From Paramecium tetraurelia (lineage: Eukaryota): a DNA stretch of 64,000 nt. Positions 1-14,711 of the stretch are shown here, one piece after another; position 1 is the first letter of the stretch, and every line of letters begins with the position of its first letter. The notes under the pieces are model-generated. The model had not been told where the DNA came from. It saw only the letters and a list, made by a program, of their open reading frames with translations, and made no database searches. The DNA lies in assembly GCA_000165425.1 (NCBI GenBank), contig CT868024.1:186001-250000 (forward strand), written 5' to 3'. Made by a program: the position numbers and the translations under genes.

Positions 1-413
1 AATTAAAAAAATATACTCAAATAATTTTTGATGAAAATCCAATAAGGAATCTAATGAAGATAAAATACAAAAGTGCATTTAATTTATTTTTAATAGCCAT
101 TTACAATCATTAGGTTTTTATTAAACAATAATTAAAAAGGAAAATAAACACAAAATTATCTATTAGAAATAGAATAGTTAAAGCAAAATAAAGAATTAAC
201 AATCAGATATGTATTTTCATTCATTAAAATCAAAAAATTGAGTACTTCTTTAATTCAATAAATACTATCATAAAAAATCTATCTCAAAGCCACAATTGAT
301 TTTAGAATTCTATCTAATATAGACCTCCAAGATTAGGAGTGTGATAAATTCATACAGAAAATAATAATTAATATGAATTAATTTTGTTGATTTAATTAAT
401 TTTTATTTTTATA

Positions 414-1116
414 ATGTCTTAACATATTTAAGCATCTGTTTAATTCAGTTTTCCAAAGGCTTCTAGATTTCAAAGAATCCGCACACCTTGTCAAACAGAC
501 TATTATGAACCAAATTATTTTCGCAGCACCAGGGCATCAGGATTTGGCTATGGCAAAAAGTTTGATTTCACCAAAATTCATTTCTACACAGAGACCTATT
601 ATGATCCTACCAGCTCTTTTACTAATCACAAGGGGACAAGTTTTGGATTAGGACGAGATCTTGTTAAATATCGAACATACTATCAAGGGAATCGCGTACC
701 AGGCCCTGGGGCTTACAATAAAAGTTCTAATAAGACAGTCGGTTTTAAAATTGGTGAAAAGTTAAGCAAAACCTAACATGCATCAGAAATGCCTGGTCCT
801 GGGACTTATGATCCAAATTTATACAAACAGAGAAGTATATCCATCAACAAAAAGCCTGAAAGATTTTCAACTGATTCAACTTTCAACCCTGGCCCAGGAG
901 AATACTTCGCCTAATCAAAATCCTGCTAATCTAAGGGGAAGTTCGGAAATGCTCAAAGAAAATGTTTTATTGATGAAGCAGTTAGAGCTGCAGAGAAAAG
1001 TGGAGGTATTAATCAATCACCATTAATTAGTACCAGGCCCAGGGAATTATGACAATTTCACTCAGTTTGTGTAGCTAGAAAAATCACATAAGCGTCCTTC
1101 TACTGCCAAAAACTGA
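414..1116 (+). CDS. SHIPPO-1 / sperm-tail PG-rich repeat (PGPGxY) ciliary protein, ODF3-like
   Basis: Code-6 translation MSQHIQASVQFSFPKASRF... with four PGPG(A/T/E/N)Y repeats; one 25-nt intron at 1006-1030 (gtatt...attag); TGA at 1114-1116. Confidence 0.85.
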
Positions 1117-3187
1117 ATATATAAATCTATTTATAATAACTTTAATCAATAATAAGCTCTAGTTACAATAACTAATTTTGAATCTAAAAATCAAATTACA
1201 AGATAAATGATTATGTTCTCAATCTGCTATTAGTTTTAGATTGTTTTTCTTTTCAAGTCACTATTAAATTATTATAATAATTCAGATATGATTTTACAAG
1301 TTATTATAATTAATAAATAATAAAGTAGATTAAAAAATGACTTTATTAACTATGAAGTTAGTCTTACAATATCAACAATTTTGATGAACAAATTAATATT
1401 TTTAAACAATTCAAGATTAATTGAATTTAAAACTCTAAAATATTTAATGATTGATAGGATATCCGAGAATGAGAATATATTAGTTTGTATATTTAGTAGC
1501 ATGTCTCTTAAGGCAATTTTATATTATATTTCATTTTCCTTCAAAATAGCATAAGCATATGATTTGCATTTCCATTCAAAAACCTAAAGCTTGATATAAT
1601 TTATATTTATTCTTAATATTATTTACAAAATTTTCAGCAATATATAGTTTGCTTATTCTTTCATTAGCAAACATTAATCAAATCCTTATTTTGAAACCAA
1701 ATTTGATCTCCCTTCATATGTGTGCTCTTGTTTTTATAATGTTATCGAAATTGATACTGCTAAAGTTCTTATATATTTTTCTATACTAAAAAATATATTT
1801 GTGAATTCTTTATAATCCCAAAAGTTTCTCAGGTTTGAGAAAATCAAGATGTGTATTGATGATAATATTTAAAAGTTAGAAAGAAAGGAAGGATGCTTCA
1901 AAAAGAAACGTTTTGAATATTTTATCATCAATTATAAATTTAATATAGATGATTATTATTAATATTAACCAAATACAAAATATTTATAATTAATCAATTT
2001 TATTTGAATTTATCAAATAATTATTTTTTAGGCATACAACAATTCTCTGTAATCAGGCCTTCTCATTTCTGAATGCCAATACTTTTTCTGAGACATTCAC
2101 TGAACCAATTGAGTAAATTAATGTATTGACAAATCCTTACCTTTCAGATTTACAATTTTTATGATCTTTCCAATGATATCTTTTAATACTTATCATCCTC
2201 TAACCCGATCACTCATTGGCTTAGAAACCTTCTTGTTCATAGAAACAAAATAATTAATTAAACAGAATATAGATTGTGAGGAATGTTACGGCCTTTAATT
2301 TTGAAATAGTTATTTTTAATATAACAATTCTTACTAAATTAATAATAATATTTTGGGAAGTATTTGCTAATTAGATTATTCAATTAATAACTAAGAAATG
2401 CAGTATAAATTATCATAAAGTATTTTAAAATTAATGTTATCATAACGAGATTCCTTTTTTAAGATGACTATGACATCATTAACGGGAGAAACAATAAGGA
2501 ATCCAAAAGAATTTATTTTGAATTGATACAATAAATATCTTTTAAATATAAACATCCTCATCTATCAAATAAAAACTTGATTCGGTGTTTAATATTATAT
2601 GAGTAGACATAAAAATTTTAAATGAATATAACACTTCTGTCTAGAGTATGACTTTGATAGAATCATAAAATAAAACGATTAAAATTTTTCTCATTAATTA
2701 GCAAAAATAATGGGTTAGCAAAGAAATTGAATCCTCAATTATGGATATAAATATGGATTCCATCTTTAAGATGTGTTTTTTTTGCTTATTACAAAATGAG
2801 TTTGAGTTTTGGTTAGTTTGGAGATAAAATTTAAAAGACTCAAAATAATCTGATAGAGAATTGGAAAATTTAAAAATGAATTGAAACATTTGTAATGAAA
2901 GAATGTCAGATTGTAATGAAATAGGAAATAGTTGTAAAGGATGTATAGAATGAATATTTTTTTGTTTAAAATGAATTGATATCTATTTCACAATTTCACT
3001 TAATGAGTCATCAAGTTGCTTTAGAAAATAAGAAGGTAAAACCACTTTTAGTGGATGTCTGCACTAGAAGTTCATGGTTACAACATGAATATGTGCATCA
3101 TGAAAACACAAGGAAATAAAATTGTTCAAATGCATAATTGAATTATGTTCCAATCTCTTTGTCATTTCCATTATATTAATTATATAA

Positions 3188-3710
3188 TCATAGTTCTGCG
3201 TATCTCATCAATTTATCCTTGTAAAAGTAGTATTGTTTTTAACTAACATACAGCTCGTAATCGAGCATTATTAGCAGTTCTTCTTCTAATTTGTTTAACT
3301 CGGTGATTGTGATTCCTCCAACTCTGGCATAGTAGTCATTCTTGTAGTAATCGTCATCATTATATTTGATGCTAAGAATGATGCAGGCTAGCATAAATCT
3401 AATATATTGATCTGTTATACCTATGAACACAAAAACTATTGATAACTACATCTTGGTTCTTTTCTTGGATCCTGTCTATGTAAATTAATGCCAAGATGAA
3501 GCATTCATTGCTGCAATAGGAGTACATTTAAATACGCTCCAAGTACTTAGCCAGACTTATTGAAGGTTTTTTGTTTGTATGAAATACAGTTTGTTAAGGA
3601 CTCTCAATTATGTCAGTTTCTCTAACGATTTCATCTAAAACTCTGGCAATAGAGTATATGATTCTATCTTCTAGGAATTCCTACATTCCTCCAACAAATT
3701 CTACATCCAT
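3188..3710 (-). CDS. PHO80-like (cyclin U/P family) cyclin
   Basis: MDVEF...[34 protein letters not shown]...CVHR|FMLACIILSIKYNDDDYYKNDYYARVGGITITELNKLEEELLIMLDYELYV; 22-nt intron at 3399-3420. Confidence 0.92.
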
Positions 3711-4461
3711 TTTTCCTAAAAGATATATATGTAATAATTATATATATTATATATAAAATTATGATATGATATTAAAATATAGGTCATTCGAACAACACAA
3801 ATTTTAGCAATCATTCAAAATATATTAACAATCCAATTTAATGTCTGTTTTGTTTAAGTCAGCCTGAAGTTGCCATAACAGAATCCAAACATTTTCACAA
3901 AATTAAATTTTAGAGAAATTGATGAATCCGATCACTTTTTTATGAAGTTCGACAAATGAAATTTAATTTACAGTAAAAATTATCAACCCCAAAATCCGTT
4001 GTCTAGAACTCAATCGCAAGACTTCTGTTGGCTCTTTCAATCAAAGTGATTACACCTCTCAAAACTCGATCATATCTTTTTGTTTTAAGATATACGTTTC
4101 GATTAGAGAAGAGCCTTATAAAGAAAAGAATTTAAATATTTTAATCATTTATGTTGAAATACATTTAGAATCAAATCAGAACTCATTCTATGTAGAAACA
4201 TCATATTTTCATTGAATTTCAACATCTATTGAACCAGGATTACAGATTTTGACAATGGGAGCCTCTATCACTCTAAAATTTATATTTGTGAATTAACTTT
4301 ATGATTTAATTAAATAACGAAAAATCTTTAAAACAATTCCAATTATGTCATCAGAATATGATGCAACATTTTTTGTATAATTCTTCTCTCGAAGACTACT
4401 TTTTATTTAAGTTATTGTTAGAAATTAAGGAAAATGAGAAAATATAAAAAATCAAAACTAC

Positions 4462-4680
4462 TCACACTTCTTCTTCGTCAATTTATTCCAAAGGTTGATG
4501 ATATCTAGCTGATAGAGTTTTGCTTTTTGTTATAATCGCCTTTCCTGAGTGATTCAAATGCTTTCCTTGTTGCTGTTGGATGATTTTCGTCCATTCATCG
4601 AGGTCGTCCTATCGTTATTCTTAAATCGGAATTGTAGAAAATTTAAAATCTTTCTTTTGCTTCTGAGTTACACATCCCAT
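4462..4680 (-). CDS. Small (72 aa) hypothetical protein with N-terminal MGC acylation motif
   Basis: Uninterrupted code-6 ORF MGCVTQKQKKDFKFSTIP...EQIDEEEV-TGA, 73 codons. Confidence 0.6.
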
Positions 4681-5133
4681 CTATTTTTAGTTTGAAAAGT
4701 TAATATTTTATATTTTTAAGTGTTGTACTAAATATTTTTAATTAAATATCACGCTTAACAATAACTTAAAACATCTCAGACAATACTCTAATCTATTATA
4801 CAATTATTTCAATAATCACAATCAAATGTTCATTTTCCTTTATCTTTGCCAACAAACCTTTAAATACCCTGGTCAGAAACCAAATTAAATCATTCCAGTA
4901 CCAAAAGAGACTTAAATAACTAACAATAAATAATTAGAAAAAAATGTGTTCTAATAAATTTAAAACTATCAAGGAATCTCTAAGAACTTATAAAAACTAA
5001 TTATGTGCTCAGAAAACAAACACTCTAGCAATGAAATAAGAAATGCTTTAACAAGTCCTCCAATTTTTGAGAGTAAATAATGTTTATCTATTATAATATA
5101 TATTAGTAATGATTATATTTTCGTAATATTTTA

Positions 5134-6563
5134 TCAATTGATTTAGAACTAAAGATATCTTTATATAGGATTCTTGAAATTGAAGTTTACAGAACGATAA
5201 TGCAGTAATTTATGCTTCACCTCAAGATCCTAATTTTCTAATTGCATAAGTTAGAGTTGATCCCTGAGTGGCATGAATTCATCAACCTCAGAAAAATGAT
5301 TAGCAGTTTTATCTTTGCTGTAAGTTTTCTTAGAAAGAAAGTAAGAATCAGAATTCACAAAATCAACATAAATGCTGTCTGTACTCTTGATTGATCGTCT
5401 TTTATTATAAGATTCCATACTATTTAATTAAGAAGAGGGATTAGAGTTGCCATTCATTGTAGTTGATCTATTTATTCGAGATGCTTTAGATGGGGTTTTT
5501 TCTATTGACCTAAATCATTTAATTTATAAATACGATTAGATTTAGATTTATTAAGCGCTATCATATTTCTTGTTTTGTTACTGATTTACTTTCCATTCTT
5601 GTTTGGTTTTATAATTTTTATAATGACCTTTGTACCAATCAAAAATAAACCATTTTATATGCAGAGGATTATTTTCAAACAGCCCTTTTAGCTTTCGATA
5701 ATTTGGAATTTATTGTGATGTCAAATTCTGGATTTACTTCATGTAACTGCCAATTAAATCAATTAATACTTCAGAATCTGGGAAGGACATCCTTCACAAA
5801 GTTTTTCTAAAGGAATGTTTTTCTTCAATTATCCAATTTTCATTAAGCGATTCTCTTATATTTTCTCACATTTCATCCATGGTAACTCTTACTTAATCAA
5901 ATATATAAGGACATATCCTAAAGCTTCCAAATCATCTTTTCTGCTTTATTCTTCTCCAAAATGAGCTGATATACTTGCATATCTACTCGTTCCGATGAAT
6001 GGGATTTTTTAATTAGTAAATTTAGACTTTTTTGTTAAATCTTTGGCTATTCCGAAATCAATTAAATGTATTTGATTACTATTAACTCTTCCTAAAATGT
6101 TCTCTGGTTTCAAATCTCTATGAATGATATTTCTATAAATATTTAAAACATTTTTTTACAGCTCATGTGATTTTTCTAAAATCTCCAACATTTGATATGC
6201 AATATTGTAGACGCAATCCATAGTAAATTTTTTATGTTTTTTCAAAAAGTGCATCAAATCAAATCCCAGCATATTCGTAATCATTATTTATAAACCATTT
6301 TGTTCCCCAAACCAAATTAATTCTGGGACTCCTTGGACTCCTTGCAGTTCAATTAAAATGTCTATCTAAAATATTTCTAAAAGATGTACCTCTCTGTTTA
6401 AACTGAAAAATCTTTACATTTACTATTTTTCCACTTTTATAGCTACATTCTCTCGAGTTTATAAGTTTCTCCCCAGATATACCTTCCCAAAAGAACCTTA
6501 AGAAAGTAGTTTTAGAACTTTGTATAAATTGGCCACTATTTGTCCTTGCTAAATGTCAGACAT
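5134..6563 (-). CDS. CK1: Casein kinase 1 family Ser/Thr kinase
   Basis: [61 protein letters not shown], LPW; about 4 tiny introns; probable +1 indel near 5634 before the C-terminal tail. Confidence 0.92.
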
Positions 6564-7688
6564 TATGTAAAATCCAATTGATTCTCAATTTGATTAAAAT
6601 TTTTATGATAAATTCAAAAATTGTTATTGGATCCTTAAATGTCAGATATTTATTCTATAAATATGCTTAATTAAATCATTAATTAAGCATAAACTTTTCT
6701 TACTTTTCATCAAAAAACTAAAATTAATTATTATTAAATGACTATCTATAAATTATTAAATTATATTATTTATCTTGTAATATAAATTACATTTAACAAT
6801 TTTAATAAAATCTAGTATATGTTCATGCGATTATGAACCTATTTCAGAGAAATATCTTGTTTTTAAAAAGCTTTTAGAATTATAATATGTTTAATAAAAC
6901 ATTTTTCAAATGAAATTTTACCTATTTGATATGGTTTTATTGGATTCAAATACTGAATAAACGATCACATTAGTCTCAATCTACTCTAACCTATATTTTG
7001 AATTAGTAGCAGGAGCTTTTTTTTTTATTTTCTAGTATATTTGAATGAAATTATTGTGATTGTTTAGTTACATAATACAGTTCACGTAGAAATCTTCTAT
7101 AGCTTTTATCAAATTTTCAACAAAAGTCAAGATGAGATATATCTCAATATCGAGATTGGATTCTGCATATAAAAGGTAACCTTTATAATACATATAATGT
7201 TGAATCAAACAGAGAAAGGAAATTATAGCTTATAAGGTTTACTTATAATCATTCCATATACAAGAGGAATATGAAAGATTGGCTTTGGCAAGTTTTTTTA
7301 TAACGGATTTGTTCGATTTGTAAGGATATTAATTTTAACTCTATTACGTTATCTATTTATGAAATTGCATTTCCATTTTACTCATATAACTCAGATACAG
7401 ATTTTGAAGATTTAGAGACATTATGCATTCTAGAATTTTATTTTGGTGATTTAATTTTTAGAAAGATATCTGATTAATCAATTAATTAAGGGTTAGAATA
7501 TTGATTTACGACCCATTTAAAGAATGCAATTTATAGTTGAATAGTTCTGCATAATTATTAAATTACATTGAATAAAATATACTATATTGCTCTATAATTG
7601 TATGGATCGAATGACAATTTATAATTCTCTTACTTGAGTTTAATATCATAAAATAGACAATTTTATTAATTAAGTATAATGATATACA

Positions 7689-8615
7689 TCATTTCCAAAT
7701 TAGAGGAATTAGAGAACATAATAATAAAACGTTTCCAATTATCTATTCTGTATTGAACTTTGCAGAAAAAACAAAGAAATCAATCAGATACCCAAAGAAT
7801 AGTTAGATTTAACTAACATTTGACACAACACTTAATTTGCCCTCTCTCATAGATTGAACCTACAATATTCCTGCCAATAAAGATATAACTGAAGCAATTG
7901 CGATCATAGAGGTCCCATTTACTGAAGGAATCTTAAAACTAAAAATGATCGATTATTATACTTAGTCCCGTCAAATAGAGAATTTATTACAGGTAAATTA
8001 ATCGCAAAAAATGCTTAGTATAAGGTTATTACAATGCTATCAACCTAAATTGGAATATTATATATAAAATACTTGTTTATTAACAGACTTAACTAAAATA
8101 TTAACTATTGCTTAAGTAATGGATGCTACCAATATCAAAAATATGCCTATCCAATGGTAATAGGAATCCACTGCAAGTTATGTCTAATTATTGTTTTTTG
8201 CTATTAAAAATATTCCTAAACAGGACATTGTCATATTTATTATTAATCGAATATTGAATTATTCCTTCTTTAAAACTAATATATATATGATCGATGTCCA
8301 AAAAGGAGACATTCTATTCAAAAGAATCGATTCAGATACAAGTACTAAATTTAATCCTTTAAAATAAATGAATGCTCCAAATCCACCAATTAAACCTCTA
8401 TTAATTAAACTATCCATAGTTGGCTTATCAAAGTTGTAAACTTGAAGTTTATAGTAGATAGTAGCACTTGCAAGCAGTGTTAACCCTATTAATGCTCTTA
8501 GATATAAGGTTTAGTTAAAATCTAAGTCTGAAACCATTTTCAACAACATTGAAGCTACAGCTGCAAATAAGGAGGACACTACTTGTTTGACTATTGCAGT
8601 AGTTTATATTTGCAT
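7689..8615 (-). CDS. EamA/DMT-superfamily multi-pass membrane transporter
   Basis: Hydrophobic ORF MQIQTTAIVKQVVSSLFAAVASMLLK...LINRGLIGGFGAFIYFKGLNLVLVSESILLNRMSPFWTSII...KKE, matching the EamA pattern; tiny introns. Confidence 0.8.
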
Positions 8616-9811
8616 TTTATTTAACAGATTATTAATTTTGGAGATATAATAATTCAGTTATTTTTCGCTCAAAATTCATTTATATTATGTTGAAAATGAT
8701 CTTTAAAACGATATTTATTTTTTATTTTTTATCTATATTCTGTATATTGTGATGATTTTCACATAGTAATTCAACATAAATAAAATACTATTGAGTCTTT
8801 AGAATATTGACAGTTATTTATTAATTGTTATATTCATTTATACATATTTATATCTATACTATGAAGAATATGAACAATTAGTTTCAGTTGTGAATTTACC
8901 AGAGATGATTGTTATTTTGATTTCACAGATTCATCTAATTACATTACATATACTAATATCTTAATTATATTATTTTAAGATTTAATCAAAATCTTAAACA
9001 TTCTACAAATTATGACAATACTAGTATTTGCTTAGTTATAAGACAGAATACACATAGCTTATTTTGGACTTTGTTAAACAATATTAATATTGTTTAGAAT
9101 GTTCCCTGATTATTTAATGATTGTAATTATATTGTATATCTCATTAATTTGAGGAATTAATAAAATTTTATTGAATTATTTCTAAAAAGTATATTTTATG
9201 GTTTTATCAGATAATACCATAAATTCTAAAAAACTTATACCAAACTAATTATTAATTTTTTTAATTAGTTAATTTATCATACAATATATATATCTTTTTG
9301 AGTTGATTGCAATTAAGAAATTCTTAGATAGGAATAGATGACATATGAATAATGAGAGAATGGCTGGAATTTAGTAATTAAGAGCTATAGTGTCACATCT
9401 TAATACATCTCAGCTTATATTACTTAGTCAACTCTTTCTTTGTTTTTATTCAAATTAGTTTTCTATTGCAATCATTTATTCTAATGTTAGCATTCAGATT
9501 TAATATTCATGAGTGTTGAATCCTATTGGGATAATGACACTACATTTTATCAATTCAGATTTACAATTACTATGTTAATTTAGATTTGCATTTTATCAGA
9601 AAGCATCGAATATATGTGCTCTAAATCTCGCCTCTAACGTTCACTTAGAAGGAAATTTAAGAAGAAGGGTATCTTTTTAAGCTGAACTCTATAAATGCGA
9701 GTAGCGTGTATTTTAAATTTATATTATTGAATTGATGTTAATACTGTGAATCATATAATAATATTCATTGCTGGACTTTATTGATAAAATAAATGAATTA
9801 TTAAAAAATAA

Positions 9812-11061
9812 ATGTTTTATGCAGATTCTATCTAAGATGAGAAAATTAAATCTTACCTTATGTAAGTTGAGCAAGAACAAGAGAAGAAGGATAGAATAAA
9901 AAAACTGGCTGAATCATTAATGAATAAGACCAAATTAAAATTGAAGTATTCAATCATAGCGAAATTAGGTTATCAAATAAGGAATCGAAGAGAGAAGAGT
10001 AATTTAATAAGAAATTAGAAGAGATGAAAAAAATCAGCACTTTCGTAGATGCAAGACCCTCTATTAATCGATTAAACTTACTTAATGATAGAAACCTAAT
10101 ACTAAAACTCTAAGTGATTTAGAAGACATAAAAATATTAGGATAGCAACAAACATAGCGAAAATAGAACTTAAAATCCAAAACAGGAATTTCAGTCTCTG
10201 AATTCCCAGCCCCTTATTTTGGATGAAGAATTCAAATTATAATTTTTGGCTACATAGAATTATGAGCCAATCCAAAGAAAACAGCTTTCAATACCAAAGA
10301 GATTCTAACCGGAGTCCCCCAAAGATGTTGAGGCCCCAATAAAAGGAGAAGAATTGCTCAACTTTGATCCTTCTCCTAAAAACGATTCGAATCTCTTCTA
10401 TCGTTCAGTATTTAGAACTAGTCCTTCTCCTTAAAGAAAGTAGTAAATTTAATAATTTGAGGAGGAAACTCAAAAGGCCAAATAGTTTCTTCAATCATAA
10501 GGACTGATGGAGAAACAGGGATCAAAGAATCAAAAGAGAACTCCATTGAGAAAAATACCAATTTAGCAATACTATTAGAACTTTCAGAAGTAATGTTAGT
10601 CATTAGTGAAGGATGTGGCTATGGAATCGAGAAGGAGAAGGATTATGAGTCATATGGTTGAGAGTGAAGGATGTTCTTCTAAGAAAGAGATTGTGAAAGA
10701 GGCCATCAACCATAAAAGTCAAAATACATTTACAATGAGCACCATGAAGTTAAATAAATCATAGACAAATTCCTTCTCATCTCCAAGATAAAAAATCAAT
10801 AATTCGAATCAAAAGAATAAGTTGGGATCATAGACCTAAAGAATTTTAAGGAAGTCTAAAAGTATATTTGATTCTGAATAGAACAGTCCTATTAAAACAA
10901 GATTGCAAACTTAATTTGAGTCATTTACTTAAGCTGTTAACAAAACTTAGGAGGCATTCAATAAGATAAACAAGGGGAATGAGAAGATTATTCGAAGGAT
11001 GTCTACTGCAGTTAATAGTATTCATAAAAAGTATAGTAATGGGATTGTTTAAGTTTAATGA
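9812..11061 (+). CDS. Hypothetical protein (charged, low complexity)
   Basis: MFYADSIQDEKIKSYLMQVEQEQ..., 23-nt intron near 9946-9968, then about 360 TGA-free codons to TGA at 11059-11061. Confidence 0.7.
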
Positions 11062-11113
11062 ATTATTATATTTATAATTTCTCATTTAATAGGATATTAA
11101 TTTAATCTAAGAA

Positions 11114-12170
11114 ATGGGATGTGGGGTTTCTAGATAACAAAAGGAAAGAATGAAGAGTTATGTAAATTTTATTGGGAATTTTGAAATTAAAGTTGAAAGA
11201 ATTAGGAGAAATAATGTCTAATTAACAAAGTAGATAGCCGATTTGAGAGATGTCAGAAACAAAAGGAAATTTATTTACGTTATCATAGATTAGAGGTAAT
11301 ATTGATTTTAAGATTTTGAGGGATGGAGGAATTAACAAATTATAAAGAAGAACTAGAAAAGAAGTTTTAATTGATTGAGAAAGATATTTTACGAGTCTTT
11401 AAATAATTACAAATATAAGCTGAGACAGAACTGAAGAAAAAAAGAAAACTACTAGACCGATTGATATTTATGATCAAGCTGTTGAAGAAGAATGGAAAAA
11501 AGTATTTTATTTCTAAAATAGAATAAGATGAATGGTAATGATAATGATGCTCAACTCGAAATAGAATCAGATAATATAGAAAGAAGGATATCAATAAAAA
11601 TTCTTAAAGTAATTGATAAATTTAACTAACCAATATTCTGAAAATGGATTTCTATAAAATATTAATAGGCAAATAGCACATGCTAAACAAAAAGATGAAT
11701 AGAATAATAATTAGGAATAATAATTTCAGTTTGATAGTAAAAATAATAATATAAAATGTTCAATAACATGAATAAATAATTAGGAGGATCAATCAAAGCT
11801 TTAATAATAGGATTTGCATAAGATCAAATGAGTATCTAAGAAGCTTTGGGAGATGATCTCTAAGCATATAATAATGAAATTAAAAACAAGTTATTCTCTC
11901 AGGATTTGAGAAATCAGCCATAATAAACATTAGAAATAGTGAAATTGAATTATGTTTCAATGAATAATCTTTGGAGTATATGGCTTAAATTTCTGAAAAA
12001 AATATTACTACAATCCCAAAAAAAAGTAAATAGAGCTAACCTCAAACTTTCTCTTAAGTGTAAAATTGTTAATTGTAAAAAGCAGAAAAATAATTATTCT
12101 TCTCTAAATAAGGTCCTTCTGTTAATAATTAATAAGGAGGGTCTAAGTTTAACTATCAACTATGATTTTA
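11114..12170 (+). CDS. Hypothetical coiled-coil protein with N-terminal MGC motif (exon structure and 3' end uncertain)
   Basis: MGCGVSRQQKERMKSY... with coding-like purine bias; I could not join all exons in frame. Confidence 0.4.
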
Positions 12171-13163
12171 ATGTTTTAATATTTATCAAAATTATTATAA
12201 AACCAACTCATTAATTAAAGTAATTCTGTAAATGAACTCCTAATGTATAATTTCTTATATACAATTTAAATTCGAATTAAATAACAATCTTACATGTGAC
12301 ATTAATTAAATCATATTTTAATCGAATTATATTTCTTTTATTTTCATTTTTGCATTGAAAATTTTACAACCTTACTCATTCTCTTTATTTGTATTAAAAT
12401 TCTTTGTCTAAATGGAAGGGCACTGTTTTATCTTTTGAAACTAACTCAACTTAAGACAGGCCTTGTTAACTTTCCAGAATCAACTGTACTATAAATAGAT
12501 TTCTTATATAAGGTTTTAGAAAAATCATCTAGGGTTACTAAAAGATGAGTTCACTTATGCAAAATATGAGCAATTTCTTATTCATAAGTCTTAAGTCATG
12601 TACTAATAGAGAAAAAAGTCTTAAAATTAATAAACTTTCTACAAAATCAAAAGTTTAATTACAAGCCTATGGAAAAGACCCATTGATAGATTCTGAAGAG
12701 CAGAGATAGCAACTAATGTAGCATGAGTAAATGATAGTATGTAATGAATAGAAAGCAATTAGGAGAAAGGAAATATGAATTCCATGAAGACTGTCATACT
12801 TTTTTCGTTAGAAGATAGGGAGAGAGTCAATAGATAGGATGTTATTCAAATTCACTTCCCAAGAAACTTGATTATAAAAAACATCGACTTTAAAAAATGT
12901 TATCCTTATCAAACACTAATTTACACAATGTCTTCCATTACAAGGTGTTTCAAGTGTACACACATCGAATATAATTAGGATATTCGACAAATTAGAAAAA
13001 ATCTTAACCTGAAAAAAAAATACTAAATATATAATTAGGATAAAAATAGAACATTGTTAATACATACATACAATCAATTAATATGATTTAAATTATCTTA
13101 TTGGAGTTTAACCAATAATTTATAAACCAATTAATCTAAACAAATCTTGATTATATTTAATTT

Positions 13164-14493
13164 ATGATTTAAACTCAAGCCCATCTTCCACAGGAATGGA
13201 TCGATTTCTTAGAGTAGATCAAAAACCTAGACCCAATCGACGTAGAAACAGTAACTTAATATGTAAAAGTGCGGGTCAACCACTTTCCAACAGATTAATA
13301 AATGACAGAATACTACGAAGAAGTATTTTCTAAGTAATATGTTATTTTCAATTTGTTTAGATCCACTAGCGATGTAAACCGGAAAAAATGGCATTAACAA
13401 GACAAAAATCTGCTTATATGGTGCATGACCAAGCACTTAATGTCATAGAATCGATCTGAGCTCATTCCTGTAATTGTTACATTTATTATTTAAGAATGAG
13501 GATGATTGGGAGTTTGTATCAAAAATTCTGTGTGTAGATAAAACTTTGGTCGAATTAAAATGGATTTCTCTTCTCCATTCCAATTTGAAAATTAGTCCCT
13601 GGTCGAAGGAAGAAGATTAGATACTGATTGAAATTGCAAAGTATTCTTATTTAATCAATTATTAAGTGATCATTATTATAAAAACAATTGGACTGAATTG
13701 ACTATTAAATTCAATTCCATATCTTCTACACAGAGATACCCCAAATAGATACGAGAACGCTGGAACAATGTGCTCAATCCCAACATCTCAAGATCAACCT
13801 GGACTAAGGAAGAAAAAATTAAGCTACTTCAATTGATTTTGAACTATGGTAAAAAATGGTCCAAAATCTAAGTTGAGTTAAATGGAAGAAGCGAAAATTA
13901 AATTAAAAATTAATACAATGGAATTATTAGAAATTTAAAAAGATTTAATGTAATTACTTACATCTAATCAGTAGGTCTAAGAAAGTGAGGAAAGGTTGCT
14001 GATCAAAGCAATAATTGAAAATCCAGATCAGAAATTAAGTTTGACAGTTACACAATTCATGTCAGACTTCCTAGCCAAGAAAGACTCATCAAAAAGCATT
14101 GAACCTACTCAAATCAATCAAATCACTGAATCTTAAACTCAAAAGAAACCCTGTGTTGACCCGTCTCCATTGGAATCGGGGATCACTGCCACAAGTACTA
14201 TATCCATATTTATAAAAGATATCTTATTATAAGAAAAGTTGAATTAATGTAAAGAGGTGCAATAACAGATGATGCAAACATCCATTTAATAAAATTAATA
14301 TATTTCAACTCCCTAATAATAACCATATTAATCAATGCCAATAGTTTAGAACCAGTATTTTTACAATAATGCCACTTATCCAAATTATTACCCAAATTAT
14401 CATTAATAAAATTAACAATATATAAACTACCCTAACTACAATTAAGTGCAATCGTTAATGCCATACTAGTAATATCATTATGCCTATTTTTGA
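13164..14493 (+). CDS. Myb-domain transcription factor with Q/N/P-rich C-terminus
   Basis: PWSKEEDQILIEIA...NWTEL...RYPKQIRERWNNVLNPNISRSTWTKEEKIKLLQLILNYGKKWSKIQVELNGRSENQIKNQY; about 4 tiny introns. Confidence 0.92.
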
Positions 14494-14711
14494 TTAAACA
14501 AGATTTGAACAAAATATTGATACATATCAAATTTTATCTTATTATTATGATAATTTTTAATAACGAACTTGCAACTCGCTATCAGTAAATTAATATATTT
14601 AAAAATTATTCCAGCAGATCAAAATAACTTCGCTTTTTATTTTCACCCAAAGTTAGCTTCCTCATTAACATTCTTATCCATTTACACAAAGTTAAAAAAA
14701 TTATTAATCTT

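Noticed and set aside
4827..5130. Plus-strand ORF MFIFLYLCQQTFKYPGQKP...
   Set aside because: No motif, and it runs into the convergent CK1 3' end without a clear stop; TGA-free stretches of this size arise easily with a single stop codon
9345..9700. Small membrane-protein gene starting MNNERMAGIQQLRAIV
   Set aside because: Could not build a consistent spliced ORF without an in-frame TGA
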